A stretch of DNA of 62,862 nucleotides, counting the filler, from Choristocarpus tenellus KU-1152 (Eukaryota; Protista; Phaeophyceae), in assembly GCA_964200185.2 (NCBI GenBank). It is 14 parts of 14 records of this genome, joined end to end, with 100 filler letters (N's around TTAATTAATTAA, not from the genome) between each part and the next. Parts side by side here need not be neighbours in the genome. Positions count along the whole stretch, not along the records: positions 26,667 to 29,166 come from CAXNAD020027301.1; positions 29,267 to 35,498 come from CAXNAD020008617.1; positions 35,599 to 38,299 come from CAXNAD020025517.1; positions 38,400 to 42,514 come from CAXNAD020016135.1; 10 more parts are not named here. The stretch is one strand, 5' to 3'. A program made the position numbers and the translations under genes. Shown piece after piece: positions 27,992-40,890 of the stretch. How positions within the stretch are numbered: the stretch's first letter is position 1; every line of letters starts with the position of its first letter. The notes beneath the pieces were generated by a model, which saw nothing but the letters and a program-made list of their open reading frames with translations, was not told where the DNA came from and did no database searches.

Positions 27992-28195
27992 CCGTCGTTG
28001 GCGTTAATGGAGGTGCGAAAACGGGGGATGGGGTGAAACACAATGCACAGAGTGTTTCACCTTCTTCTGTGTGTCTTGTTCCCCTCTCTTTTTTTTCCGT
28101 CGTCTACTTCCCCTTTTTTTTCCTTTTTTTTCCTTTTTTTCATATGTAAAATGGCCAGACAATATAGCCTGCCTCTCCCTCAACCAGAGCCTTTT

Positions 28196-28534
28196 GAGTC
28201 AAAAGTATCTTGGAGGGTAGAACCACATCCATTTGGGTGCCAAAATCCAATGTTGCGATATTAGTGTAATTTTGGCAATCATATTTGTTAGGAAGTGTCA
28301 ACATCCTTGTTCCGGACATACACATGATACCTACTCCAATAAGGTACACATTTCACCTCCGAAAAATTTCAGAATAGGAAAATGCACGATACCTACTCCA
28401 AAAAGGTGTACAGTTTATCTCCTCCAAAAATATTTCAGAATAGGAAATTGTGATAAAAGACCCGTGGGAAGTCAAGTCCCAAGCGGACGAACAGGACAAA
28501 ACTCGTACCCTCTCTTAATAAGATACTTTCACTC
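28196..28534 (+). mobile_element. MITE family A copy with an internal ~62-bp tandem duplication; TSD TTTT
   Basis: GATACCTACTCCAA..CAGAATAGGAAA occurs twice (about 28326 and 28388); TIRs intact. Confidence 0.88.
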
Positions 28535-29266
28535 TTTTCTGCTGAGATATTTATTAATGAGAGAGAGGGGTGGACGACTTTGCAGTGAAAAAGCAACTTG
28601 CAACCCAGCAGGACAGTCTGTTCAATATTTCTACACAGTGAGATGTACTTTGTGCAACACTCTTGCAGCTATGCACACAAAAATATATATATATGACTGG
28701 CCATCAGGATGGGACTAGGCGTGCACTCATCTTGTTCCACATGTTTGGACACTCTCACAAATTGACTCACGTGAGTGAACCTTGCAAACTTGGGCACTCT
28801 CTGCTTCAGCTCAAAAACGTAAAGATTGTTCGGGTATCCACGTGCCCCAACGAGTACCTTTGCACAGATTGACAAGGCGGAGTAAAGAACAAGGGGGAGA
28901 AGTAGACGGCACTGACAAAGTTAGACACTGTGTAGTGACAAGCCGTTCAGTAAATTACGCTGTAATAATCCAAAGTAGTCACCGCCAGCCCATGTCCAGA
29001 GTAGGGGAGATACATCAATGTGAGAAATAATTTGAATATGCGTCGAACTTGGAGGCACTTGCCGGAGTTAGTTATGTTAACTGTGAAACTTGTCAGACTT
29101 CATATTCTCGTGTATGGGGCATATTCAAGAGATGTGTGGGATAGCTGAAGACCCAAAGCATCTGGGNNNNNNNNNNNNNNNNNNNNNNNNNNNNNNNNNN
29201 NNNNNNNNNNTTAATTAATTAANNNNNNNNNNNNNNNNNNNNNNNNNNNNNNNNNNNNNNNNNNNN

Positions 29267-29336
29267 CATCAAAATCGCAACATTGGATTTTGACCCCCAA
29301 ATGGACGCAACTCTACCCTCTAAGGTACTTTGGCTC
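29267..29336 (-). mobile_element. MITE family A, truncated by contig start
   Basis: AAAATCGCAACATTGGATTTTGACCCCCAAATGGACG..CTCTAAGGTACTTTGGCTC. Confidence 0.85.
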
Positions 29337-29636
29337 AACAGGTTCGGTAGTTCCTTCAGTTGTTCACCGTCTTTGTCTTGGTTGAAGTCAGATGTACCCC
29401 TATTGCGTAGGAAATTGTCTTGAAAGCAAGATCTTGTGTTTTGAACAACAGACATATTTGTAGAGCTCCCTTCGTTAGATTTGCAGAATATTGTTGCCTG
29501 TGCTTCAGAGTAGGCACTCGCCTGACCCTCTTGTTTCTGACTGAGGCTATTAGAAATGTGGAACAAGCTACTTCCACAGTCCTAGCAGAAAAGGTCATAG
29601 CAAAAAATACACCCCCTTTTCCCCCAACGCCTGCAG

Positions 29637-32600
29637 GAAGCTCTGGAAGGGATGACCACAGACGAGTCTCAGGTTGTGTCTGCTATCAGTATGCTGAAAG
29701 CTCTGGGCGTGGAAGCAACGAAAGACATAGAGGTTGGTCAGACAAAAGCACAGTCAAACTTAATTTCAGTCTGCTGATATAGCCGTTGTGCTGTTCCTTC
29801 CCCTTGTGCTGTTGATCTTTTCCTTGCTCTTCAACTCCTCTCAAGACCTCCAATGCATCACAAGTCACGCCAAGACTGAGGGATACAGCAAGAAGATATG
29901 GGAGCTTATCCAATTCTTTCACTTGTGCATCGCTGCATGTGCAACAATAGTGAAGGCGGTTCACATTCACCTCAGCCAACAGCCATTGTCCCCCCCTTCC
30001 CCTCTCCCAGCTACCCTACCAACAACACGTTCCCCCCACCTACGTCACAACAAGCCAGGAGCTAATGGCGTACTTCTTCAGTGGCGACGATATGGAGGCA
30101 GACACGGAAAAGGTCCCAACTTTGGCTGCATTCCGCAATTTAGGTCTCGATCCAGACAGAGAACCTGATGCCCTGAAGGTACATTGATGAACTTGAATTG
30201 GGTGGAAGGGGCATGATGAAGGAGTTGAAAGTGCATGATGCGGGGTCATAGATGGTGTGAAAATGGCCAACAGCCAGAGGTGGGGAATGAGTGACGATGT
30301 TCGGGGATTTATACTTGTGCTGATTTACAATCTTAGCAATGCATGTCAGCGCGTTTTTGAAGCAACAGAAATGAAAAATTCAAGTGTTTAAGCACTGCAT
30401 CCGTCTGTGAAAGTAGACATGATCAAACTCTATGTCTTAAGACTTGCAGCAAATGCTAATAGTAGTGCAGGTGGGTACTAGGATGCCCCTATGCCCAGGT
30501 TGCCACCAGTAGGGATTCAAAGGTACAAGAGCGTCCACGAGAACAAGGTGCTTCACGGGGATTTCATCCATGAAAAGTTCAAAACCTACTCAGGAGTTAC
30601 CATTATTTTTAATGTAGGTGTGTGCCGCATTCTTCCTTCCCTCCTCTAAAATACACCAGACTAAATGTGGCTACGTCTGCAACTCTGCAGGGAAATACTA
30701 TCTAAATCCCATACTGCCTCATTTGCTTTGCTATATACTTCGAATTTGTATGCTTGTTTCAGGTTCTGCTCACAATTATCCAGCCAGATGACGTCATTAG
30801 TGCTATTCATAGCTTTGTCATGGACAGGAAGGAGGCAAGATTACTTGACCAGGTCAGAACCTTGGCCCTCTCCTTTCCTTTCCCTACTTCAGTCAGATTT
30901 GTTTCGTTTCTGTCTTCAATAGAAAAAAGGTTGTCTTTGTTGGGACACTGCACGAGTATTAGTGTTTCTGGAGAGTTTCTAAACTGATTCAGGATCTTGA
31001 GCTATGGGGACTGGAATATACCCGCATGGCCACTACTAAATTTTAAGAGATAATCGCTTTAGGTCTGTGACCGGGCTATTTTTTTCTTTTTTAGCTGTAG
31101 TATTATGGAATTACTTCGTCAGAGAGCCTCATTGTAGGGCATTAATATTCATTTTGAGCCTTTTTTTCAATGTTATCAGGCACGAACAAAGATCCTGAGC
31201 CTTGATGAGGGCGGGGCCGGGGGGGGCTCAGGAGAGGGAGCAAGTAAGTCGAGAAGACAGAGAGAAAAGGTCATCCGTGAGAGGGAGAAGCTGTACTGGG
31301 ATACCCTTGGAAGTGTGGTTAGCGATAACATGTGGCAGGCAAGTTGAGAGGCTCAAGTGACAACTACAACAGCAAGCCAGTTGGAAGTAGAAAGAAAATA
31401 ACGTAGAGGGATGTCGATGAAGCATTTGAACATAAATCTCTGCCAAGATTCAAATGTGTGCTTCAATGGGTACTTCAATGTGTACTTCAGCGTGTAGCAG
31501 AACACACACACAGAGAGAGAGAGAGAGAGAGCCTACATCGTTGCAGGGGAATGAACTCTGCACTACCCTCTTGTGTACCCTTGCCCACACTTTAGGTGCC
31601 CAATAGCTAATGGGTGATAGCAGTGTTCGATCCGCCCCCTCATAGCTCCCACTCATCAAGCCTACGATGTGTTGTCTCTCCAGGTGTGGCGGCAACTGAG
31701 CAAGAGTTTGGAGGGGTACACTGGCTTGTTGGTAGAACGAGATCGTCGCATTAAATCGGTGTCCTCACTGCAGGCAAGGAACACAAAAATCTCCTTAAAA
31801 CCTCATTCATCGAAATGGGACTCATTCTCTCTCTGCTGAAGTCTGACCTGTGTTGGACTTGAAAGCTTTCTCCAATATTCCAGCTGCAGTTTCCTTGCCA
31901 AGTACTCAGTACAGAGTCAAAGTATCTCAGATGGTAGAGGCACGTCCATTTTGGGGCCAAAATCCAATGTTGCGATTTTGATATAATTTTGGCTATCATG
32001 TTTGTTAGGAAGTGTCAATATCCTTGTTCCGGACATATACATGATAGCTACTCCGAAACATTTCGGAATAGGAAAATGTCATAAAAACGATCCGTGGGAA
32101 GTCAAGCCCCAAAAGGACAAACAGGGCAAAACTCGTACCCTCTAAGAAACTTTCACTCTGCAGGTTTGTACCGAACTTTAGTATATGTTCTTTTTCAAGA
32201 GGATAGTTGATTATCTAGCTGGTGATCCCACATGTTTCCTCCTGCTCTGCCCCATGCGCTGGCGTTTGCTTTGCCTCTTGGTAGATATGACTGACCCAAA
32301 GTATCTGGGGGGGGGGGGAGTCTACACCAGGGTGTCCATTTGGACCAAAACCAGGAAAAGCGCACTTTCATTATCCATCCAATGTATGGAACCAAATCAC
32401 CCAAAAATAGCGATATGAAAAGATTGGCCCCAAATAGACAGCCGCCACCCCCCCCAGATACTTTGAGTCTCTGGATCATGACCCTGACCATCTGTTTGAC
32501 TTGATCACAGTATCCTCAGATCCAAAGTATATGGGGGCGGGGGGAGTCTACACCAGGGTGTCCATTTGGGTCATAACCAAGAGAAGTGCATTTACAATAT

Positions 32601-32966
32601 CCATCTGACATATGCAACTAAATCACACAAAAATCGTAACATGAAAAAAATGGCCCCTAATGGACAGCCGCCCCCCCCCCCCAAACCGTTCCAACCACCA
32701 CACCAAATAGGCGAGCCCTCCTGCAACCCCCGATCTCNNNNNNNNNNGATCTCCAAATACTTTGAACCTCACATCTATATATGCGCTCTCTAATGCAGAC
32801 CCTGATATCTTCCTCTCTGACACGATGGGTCTACGGCATTTTTTTTTCAAAGCAGAAGCAGAATGTGCGACTCAAGGAGCTCCTCAGGACATACCTGGTA
32901 TCAGCAGTAAATGAAGACCTCATAATTCCCCCGACAAAAACTATCCAGGTCGGATTATCTGGCTAG
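29637..32966 (+). CDS. DRC1: Dynein regulatory complex subunit 1 (DRC1/CCDC164), C-terminal part; exons 29637-29732, 30059-30178, 30763-30852, 31180-31338, 31684-31773, 32856-32966
   Basis: All joins are phase 0. MLKALGVE..DIEELMAYF, IIQPDDVISAIHSFV and YWDTLGSVVSDNMWQVWRQLSKSLEGYTGLLVERDRRIKSVSSLQKQNVRLKELLRTYLVSAVNEDLIIPPT match the DRC1 C-terminal (NYD-SP28-associated) domain. Two introns need GC donors. Confidence 0.9.
31914..32158 (+). mobile_element. MITE family A copy inside a DRC1 intron
   Basis: Full TIRs; flanks TACA/TGCA. Confidence 0.9.
32293..32469 (+). mobile_element. MITE family B (about 180 bp; TIR GACCCAAAGTATCT-G(n)); other copies or fragments at 12795-12870, about 15175-15335, 26667-26687, 29149-29166, 32520-32700, 35069-35250, 35435-35498, 38400-38473, 50768-50786, 56399-56537
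   Basis: GACCCAAAGTATCTGGGGG..TCTACACCAGGGTGTCCATTTGG..CCCAAAT[A/G]GACAGCCGCCACCCCCCCAGATACTTTGAGTC recurs on many contigs. Confidence 0.88.
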
Positions 32967-34165
32967 CTCCTTGGCTCCAATCGAGGGCAGGCACATGATA
33001 AGTAGGACATGCTGCAAAGTAGGTGCATGCTGCTAGGGATGTATGTGTTGCATGTCTTCTTGATATTCCTACCTAACTCAAGGCACTGTACCTACTTTGA
33101 GTGAAACCATCAAGGAGGGGAGTCGATTTTGGTCCCTTTGAACCTTGTTCAGCGTATACAATTCCCCTACCTGAAATGCGGTTAAACCCTCTTGTGAGTG
33201 TGTGGCTGTAGAGGAGAGGATTAGTTGTGAACACAATGTTAGCTGAAAGCACCCTAGGAATCTTAATATTAAACCACAGTCCCCCCATAGATGGTATCGC
33301 TCTTCCTAAAGCATGGATGTTAGATTAGTCTCTGCACCGACACACAGTGCATAAGTCAGGTACAAGACCTAGCGTTGAGAGTGGAGCGACCAATTGCATT
33401 GTGTACAGGCAAGTACCAGCGGAAGAGACATATTTAATTGACCAATGAGCAGTCGATGACGACCTTAATATCAATTCACTCACATGCAAGTTGTGCTTCC
33501 TGATATGTGCTTTGGATAGGAAATGTTAGACTCTAAATTTGTTGCAATGCTTATTGAAGTGTTCTGCACCAGACCACTTACAGACTTCGTTCTTGTCGCA
33601 TACTACAAGTGCTACTTCGAAAATCACATGCATTGCATAAGCATATACTTCAATGTCATAGGCATACGCCTTTCTATCTCTCCCAACACCTGGTAGCCCT
33701 CTATGTCACCTTAGCGGATTTGGTTTGGAGTAGTCACACTACCTACTCCAAGATATTGCCATATGGTCCCTGGGATGAAACAGGGTATTGCTATAAAGAG
33801 ATTAGTTTGCATGATTGTCTTGTTGTATCACTTGTAAGGGTCAAAAACGGACGCCGGCACCCACGTCCAGATACTTTGACCCAATAATAATATTACGGCT
33901 ATTAACACTGCCACCGACTATTCCTGAATGCTGTGTCTCCTCCCCCGAATCTTGTCCTGGTCCCACGTCAAGCCCACCTCAATCTTGGTTTAGTGTTTTT
34001 CTGGTATATGGCAACACACAGGATGGTATATGTGTACCATCCGTTACGCTTACCATGTGGAATTGGATCGCTGACCATCGAATAAACCAGATTCCTGTTG
34101 AAACATAGTATGTTGGAAAACACCCAACCTTAAAATCTCAGTCAAAAGGAAAATAAAAAGCTTCA

Positions 34166-34238
34166 GACCCGAGGCGAGACTTGAACTCGCGATCTCCTCT
34201 ACCCTAAAGAGGAATCTTACCAACTAGACCACCCGGGC
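34166..34238 (-). tRNA. tRNA-Pro(AGG)
   Basis: 73-nt cloverleaf: acceptor GCCCGGG/CTCGGGT, D-arm GTCT/AGAT, anticodon stem CCTCT/AGAGG with loop TT-AGG-GT, T-arm GCGAG-TTCAAGT-CTCGC, discriminator C, and a downstream oligo-T Pol III terminator. Confidence 0.92.
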
Positions 34239-34334
34239 TTACATGCGCTTTTGCCAAAACTCGTATAAAACACATCAACAGCAAAACATGTGAAGTGACA
34301 GTTACTTTGATCCTTCACTGCCCTCTATTATAGA

Positions 34335-34607
34335 TATTATTATGCCCTCTGACATTTTGTATATGTGCCAGGGGAAAAATTAATTAAAGCGGTTCACCTA
34401 CCCTCTATGGAGCTTGCCTTCTCTAACGTTCATGACTGCTATATCACTAAATCGGAAATGTTTTTATCGGTATGTTCATTGCTGAGAGATGAATGTCCTC
34501 CACATTTTACGACAACTGACTTTTTAAGGGATTTTCCTGATATTAGAATAGTTTTCATAGTTTTTTCCCCTGACACATGTACAAAATGTCAGAGGGCAGA
34601 ATAATAA
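34335..34607. mobile_element. Repeat family D: element bounded by ~45-bp self-complementary inverted repeats; same terminus at 34956-34998, 43313-43362, 56222-56268
   Basis: TATTATTATGCCCTCTGACATTTTG[C/T]A[G/T]ATGTG[T/C]CAGGGGAAAA at 34335-34379, with its reverse complement at 34563-34607. Confidence 0.75.
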
Positions 34608-37600
34608 AAATAGTTTACATCGGGACACCCTGAAGACACCAAGAAGTTTGGACTGGCCTACTTCTCCCGTCATTCTTATCCTATTTATTTGCAGACCACT
34701 TTCCCAATGCTATATAGCTATATCTTGGTCTGTTCAGAGTTTCAGCAGGGTATCAGTACAATTTGTATCTTCGTTTTTTGTACAAGAAATCTAAAGTTCA
34801 ACACTTAAAAAAAGTATGTACTAATACAAGATCAAACCACGTTGTATGCTATAATTATGTAAGTATATTATCAGGGGATGGTCTGTGCTGTGTTGTAAGC
34901 AATGCAGAAACTCTATTATTACGAGTTTATGTTCTTTTGTACTAAATGTGATATATATTATTTTGCCCTTTGATATTTTGCAGATGTGTCAGGGGAAAGG
35001 ACAATTCAATATCGTAAGATATTATATTTTTTCCGCCGTACAACTGACAACAAAAGCTAAGTTGTGAAGACCCAAAGTATCTGGTGGTGGGGGGGTTGTC
35101 TACACCAGGGTGCCCATTTGGGTCATAACCAGGAAAAGTGCACTTACATTATCCGTCTGACTTATGCAACCAAATCACACAAAATTCGCGACATGAAAAG
35201 ATTGACGCCAAATGGACAGCCACCCCACCCCCCCCAAATACTTTGAGGCTCAATGGGCATTATTTCACATGAAAAAATAAAAAAATAAGCAAAAAAATGA
35301 AAACGAGTGTGCTCTTTGGGCAATCTTTGCAACAAAATGTGTCATGTACATAGTGTGTATAATATATTGACCCATTGAAGACGAGAGGTACCCAGGTTTT
35401 ATCTTTTTTGCATTTTTAGTCTGTTTTTCAATCTGACCCAAAGTATCTGGGGGGGGGGGGGGGTTGTCGACCGGTGGTCCGTTTGGGTCGCCACACTGNN
35501 NNNNNNNNNNNNNNNNNNNNNNNNNNNNNNNNNNNNNNNNNNTTAATTAATTAANNNNNNNNNNNNNNNNNNNNNNNNNNNNNNNNNNNNNNNNNNNNAA
35601 AGGTTTTTTGGGCACTGTCGTGGGTGACCTTTTGTGTGGTGTGATTAATTTTTGTTGATGTTTTTGGGGGGGGGGGGGAATGTTTTGAGATGTTTTTTTC
35701 CATCTTGAAGATTTCAGTTAAGTCAAGAGTATTTATGTCAGAAATGGAAGGGTTGGGTTCAATTGTTTGTTTTCTCATGCATATGTGTTCTTATTGGTTT
35801 TCTTGCATGTCTATGCTGCTTGCACTTGTGTGCACACACATATATATATATTGGGGGGGGGGCTATTCACTTTGTGGTTTTCAAATCTGTTAAAAAAATA
35901 TTGCCCTTAAGAGTTTTTTCTTTAAAAAAGATCAGAACGGTCTTCTTGGTATCACATTTTTTATATTGTACATCAACACTGACTCCCCATTGTACTATAC
36001 TCAAAAAAGAAAAATATTGGGGTGTATGTGTATATACCAAATAAACAAGAAAGTATTGGCATTCATGGGATGGTATGACTACCTACTGTGAAAAAAACAA
36101 TGGTGGTATGAAGCATTGAGTATGTATAAATTAGTGTGTTGGTTCATGTCTGGTTCATTTGAATCTCTGATTCGGCCTCGAAATTGTCAGGTCATTTTTT
36201 TTCTTTTCATATTTTTTTGTGACTGCAGAAGTAATATATAAGATATAAAAAAGTATCTTGGTTGCATAGTATTCACTAAATGATAATAAAAAAGAATGGT
36301 GTGATGATATGATTTTAGAAATGAGTTCTTTGGAGTGAGCTGTTTTTTATTTTTATTTGCTAAGGGAGGAGAGATGGTAGTGTTTTTTTTTAATTTTTAA
36401 GGTTATCTCTCACAACCAGGACCTGGTATATAAGGCTGTATATGTACCATCCCTCGTGGCTTACTCATTTTTGAGTCCAATGCCTGAGAACATCACAAGA
36501 ATAATAATGATAATAATTCAATCAATATGCATGTATTTGTATATTTTTATTTGTAACCAATTCCTTGTGATGTGAGTCATTTACTAGTTCACAGAGATAA
36601 AACTGTCCTTGTGCCAATCAAGGGTTCATTCATAGTGGCCTTGATTCCCTTTTTAGTACTATGTTGGATCATTATGTGGATACATATCATTCTTACCAAT
36701 AAGCAAAGCATGCATGCATACACACACACATGCACACATATATAATATATAGATGCATGTGATTGGTTATAGTCTGATGCTTGTGCCATGTGTGTGTGAG
36801 GTGGTCTCTGTGGATTAGGTGAGACAATTAAGAATATATTTTTTGAACATGTTTTAAAGAAAAATATAAATGAATCGAAAGGACAATGTGAAATCGAATA
36901 CATCAAAAAGAAAATCTATGGAGTTTGTAGAATAACCACTGGCTTTTTTATTTTGCAATGCACATGATGCCTTGAATGACCACACAAAGGTATATACCAG
37001 TGAAGTAAATAGAGAAGTGAGAATATTCTTACAATATTCTTATGATATTCTTAGAAGCGGTGGAATGATATGTCAAACTATCCATCGTGAAAGATTCCAA
37101 TTCTGGTATACCTTATAGTGTCATCAGTTTATATTTATTTATGTATATTGGTGTACCTTATTGCATCATACTCCCCAATACCTGTTTGCAGGAAGATCTG
37201 ATTTTTCATTGAGATTTTTTTTTAGGAAGTGCAGGTTTGCCTGCTGATCGGCTGCACACACAGAGGTGGAAGGCGTTGCCATATCAGTATAGTTGCAATT
37301 TTTTTTTTAAATTACCTGAGTGTGATAATTAAATGTATGTATAAATAGGGTACTTTCTTTGTTGGTGGTTACCTTGAGAGGTAGTTTGTATAGATGGTGA
37401 GAAACGTACTGTACTGGGAAGGCGTTTTGCAGGTTGGCAGGTGGCAGCGGTGTAGAAAAGATACACTTGACCAAGTCGGATTTTGGTGACATTTTAGGGT
37501 ATAACCACGGAATGGGTTCTTGCAAGACCCTCACAGAAAAGAATTTAAAGCTAGTACACCATCTTGTGCATGTGTAGCCCAGTACACCCAGTGAATTGTT

Positions 37601-38108
37601 TGAGTTGATGATGAACAGAGGGAGCACTATGCACTCATTTATGTGTTGTTGTGAACCTCTTGACAGCTTCTGACATGTTCTTGTTATGAACTGTTGAGAT
37701 CTTCTGATATGTTTTTCAACCACTCCATCCCATTAACCACTTGACTTGAAAAAAAATCTATATCATGACGGTGCCTTGGTTCTTTTATGAAAGTATTTTG
37801 TATGCAATGGTACGATTGATTTCAAATTACTTGTTTGTCATTTTGTTGATTTTGATTCTTAGGGCTAGGGAGAGGATGAAAAAATAGCGCTTGTTTTCAA
37901 GAAAATATGAACTACAGAAGGAAGGTATTCTAAAATCTTCACCTTTTGTTTTGATATATTTTATTTCCTGTATTAAGAAAAGGGGTTCTTGTACCTCAAC
38001 TCTAAATGCATGTACATACTTTCAAGCTTTTTTTTCATTTTTTTTTTCATATTGTGGCAGTTTGGTGCATTGAGTAGTACTTAAAAAGCAAAAATATATA
38101 TTTGTGGT

Positions 38109-38299
38109 GAGCCAAAGTATCTTAGAGGGTAGAGCCGTGTCCATTTGGGGTTCAAAATCCAATGTTCCGATTTTGATGTTATTTTGACTTATCGTGTTTG
38201 TTAGGGTTAGGGTTAAGTGTCAATATCCTTGTTCCGAACACACCTTTTCATAACATGTACATTTTACCTACTCCGAAACGTATTGGAGGAGAAAAATGT
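38109..38299 (+). mobile_element. MITE family A copy truncated by contig end, with internal TTAGGG insertion at about 38206
   Basis: Left TIR plus internal sequence; GTTAGGGTTAGGGTTAAGTGT replaces the consensus GTTAGGAAGTGT. Confidence 0.88.
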
Positions 38300-38670
38300 N
38301 NNNNNNNNNNNNNNNNNNNNNNNNNNNNNNNNNNNNNNNNNNNTTAATTAATTAANNNNNNNNNNNNNNNNNNNNNNNNNNNNNNNNNNNNNNNNNNNNG
38401 TGAGGGCACTTTCCAGGCCAGGGCCCAAATGTAAACCCTGGTGTAGACCCCCCCCCACCAGATACTTTGAGTCTGGACCGAGTTGCTCTAACTCTGCTGG
38501 AACACCTTCACACTGCCTGCTTTGCATTGTAGTATATACAGTTGATCATGGGTGCAGAGGCACCTGCCCGTGGCTGAGGCCTTTTGTAGCTCATCATATG
38601 ATGCATATGATGATGGTGACAGTAAGAAAATCGGACTGCATGGTGATGGCTGCTACAGTGTAGGTACCGA

Positions 38671-38815
38671 TACAATGATAGTCCTGGTACCAATGCAGTA
38701 CTTGTACTACTAGTACAATGATAGTCCTGGTACCAATGTGGTACTTACACTACTAGTATGACGATAGTCCTGGTATCAATGTGGTACTTGTACTACTAGT
38801 ACGATGATGGTACCA
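38671..38815 (+). repeat. 43-bp minisatellite, about 3.3 units
   Basis: Unit TACAATGATAGTCCTGGTACCAATGYRGTACTTRYACTACTAG starts at 38671, 38714 and 38757, with a partial unit at 38800. Confidence 0.9.
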
Positions 38816-39238
38816 GTAAAATGTGACAAACTCGCCTTGCATTTGAGAGGACAAGCACTACACCTATATATACGCCATCGATATTTATTTACTACAGTAC
38901 TCTTTTCTAAAAGAGGGCCTCGTCTTTCAACCACCACAAGCACAAACCTACACATACTACCACGAGCAAAAGGATGGAGTACTCTACTAACGCTTGACGT
39001 TAGATACACGCACTTGGGTATACTAGCAAAAACAGAATTAGGTTGTGCACACAACCACAACCAACAAAGAACAAAAGAGCTGGTCCAATCCTTGAGCGAC
39101 ACACTAGTGCAGTTGAAAAAACTACGTTTGCATCAAGAAATAAGAACCTTTTGAATTGAGTGCCACTAGTACCATGAAGCTGACATGGCGTCAAGCCAAC
39201 CTCCTCTTAACACTTCAACACCACCACGACCAACTCAC

Positions 39239-40890
39239 CAACGCAGCATCCCTTCCCAATTGACGGTAAGCAACCCCATCCTCCTCATTATGTTGGTGAT
39301 TAATTCCTCCTTCATACCCGTCAGCAAGGTTTTCCTCACACTTCGAATGCTGAACACCACCATTACTCTTCCTCACAGCCTCTGTACTCGATGCACTCAA
39401 ATCATCAGCAGGTTGTCTTCTAGAGCCCCCTTCAGACTCTCCTACTACTCCACCAGGCCCTTTCTTAGACCTGTCCGTTTTTGATTGGCCTGTTGAAGGG
39501 GCACGTGACCTGTCTTTCAGCGTGCCTGTAAAAGAGAACGATTATTGTCAAAATTGTACTTCAACAACAAAGATTATTATTATTGTTTTGAATTGCAAAA
39601 AAACATAATAACTCAAATGCAATCGAGACCAGAAGTAAAGGGGGTTACTGGTACTACTAGATTGGACCGATAATTTTCTCACGCGTAGGCATAGCTGCGC
39701 TTTCCTGGAATTTTCTTGTGATACCCCATGAACTCTCAGCATAACTACGCATCTAACTTGGCATTTCGCAAGCGTGTGTCAATTCTAAAAAAACACAACC
39801 GTAATTGCACTGAAAAATTATTGGTCGATCCAAATAACTTTAATGGAATCTTAGATTCACATGGCCAACACTCGTGTAGAGCAGTACTCTTTTTTCCTTC
39901 TTTTTTTTCTCCAATATCTCCGAGTATATCTGGAATGGGAGTTTGCTTTGAATTCAGGGCAAACAGTATATATACATATACATATATATAGGCACTGATA
40001 CGCCTGAAAAAGGAGATATTTAAAATATTAAAAAAAAACTGGCATAATATTTGAAACAGGGTAGATAATTATGTTTGTTTTCATGTATTGGGGTACATAT
40101 GCATGACAGACTACACCAGCAAAACCCTTCCCCTGCATAGTCAACAAAAGTACATCTAACCCTAACCCTAACCCCAGGTTTCTTGTGTTACTTCAAAAGC
40201 TCTCTGCTTTCCAACAAAAAGAAAATCTGTATGAAACATACTACTTCAATATTTCAATATCACTACTATATGATCAATTCACTCAAAATCCTTCAATGCA
40301 ATGCAACTGAATCAATCACACAAAAAATATATATTACAGAACCCTAACCCTACATCAGCGAAACTCTCCTCCCCCAGATACAATAACGAATATCCCAACC
40401 CAACCCAACCTTAACCCCCTATAACCCTAACTGGTACTGACCCCATTCAAACCACTGCACCAGTGTTGCTAGACTTCCCTCCACTACAATCAACAATCAA
40501 GTGTACATGTCACATTCTATCATCATTTTATTCTTTTCTTCTCACCTCCAGTCCCACCTTCATACTCTTCCTTCTCAACCTTCTTGGGAGAACCGGTTGC
40601 TTTAGGGTTAGGGTACGAGGTCCCACTACGCTTGGGTTTTATAGACCTTGAAGGCGAAGGCGGTGTTGCTGCCGAGTGGGTTCGGGCAGCAGCAGCAGCA
40701 TCTCTCTTTGAATTCCCATTGCCTGATGACGGTGACCCCTTGGAATTACTTGTCTTTTTCTTCTTGATGGTTCTAGTACCAGTAGAACCATCAGTACCCC
40801 TGGAGGCTTTTTTAGTTGTGGATTTGGGTGCCTTATTGCCCAGTTGAGGTGAACGCCTTTCCATGTCAGAAGGACTCTCGGTTTTGGAGG
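39239..40890 (-). CDS. Unknown Lys/Ser-rich low-complexity protein; exons about 40890-40546 and 39525-39239
   Basis: Open frame MERRSPQLGNKAPKSTTKK..KKVEKEEYEG joins in phase 1 to cag|GTLKDRSRAP..GRDAAL|gtgagt. The 5' boundary is uncertain. Confidence 0.5.

Noticed and set aside
34202-34207. TTAGGG inside the tRNA
   Set aside because: It is simply the Pro anticodon loop TT-AGG-GT, not a telomeric insertion.
38671-38815. CRISPR-like array
   Set aside because: Contiguous tandem units with no unique spacers, no cas genes, and a eukaryotic context.
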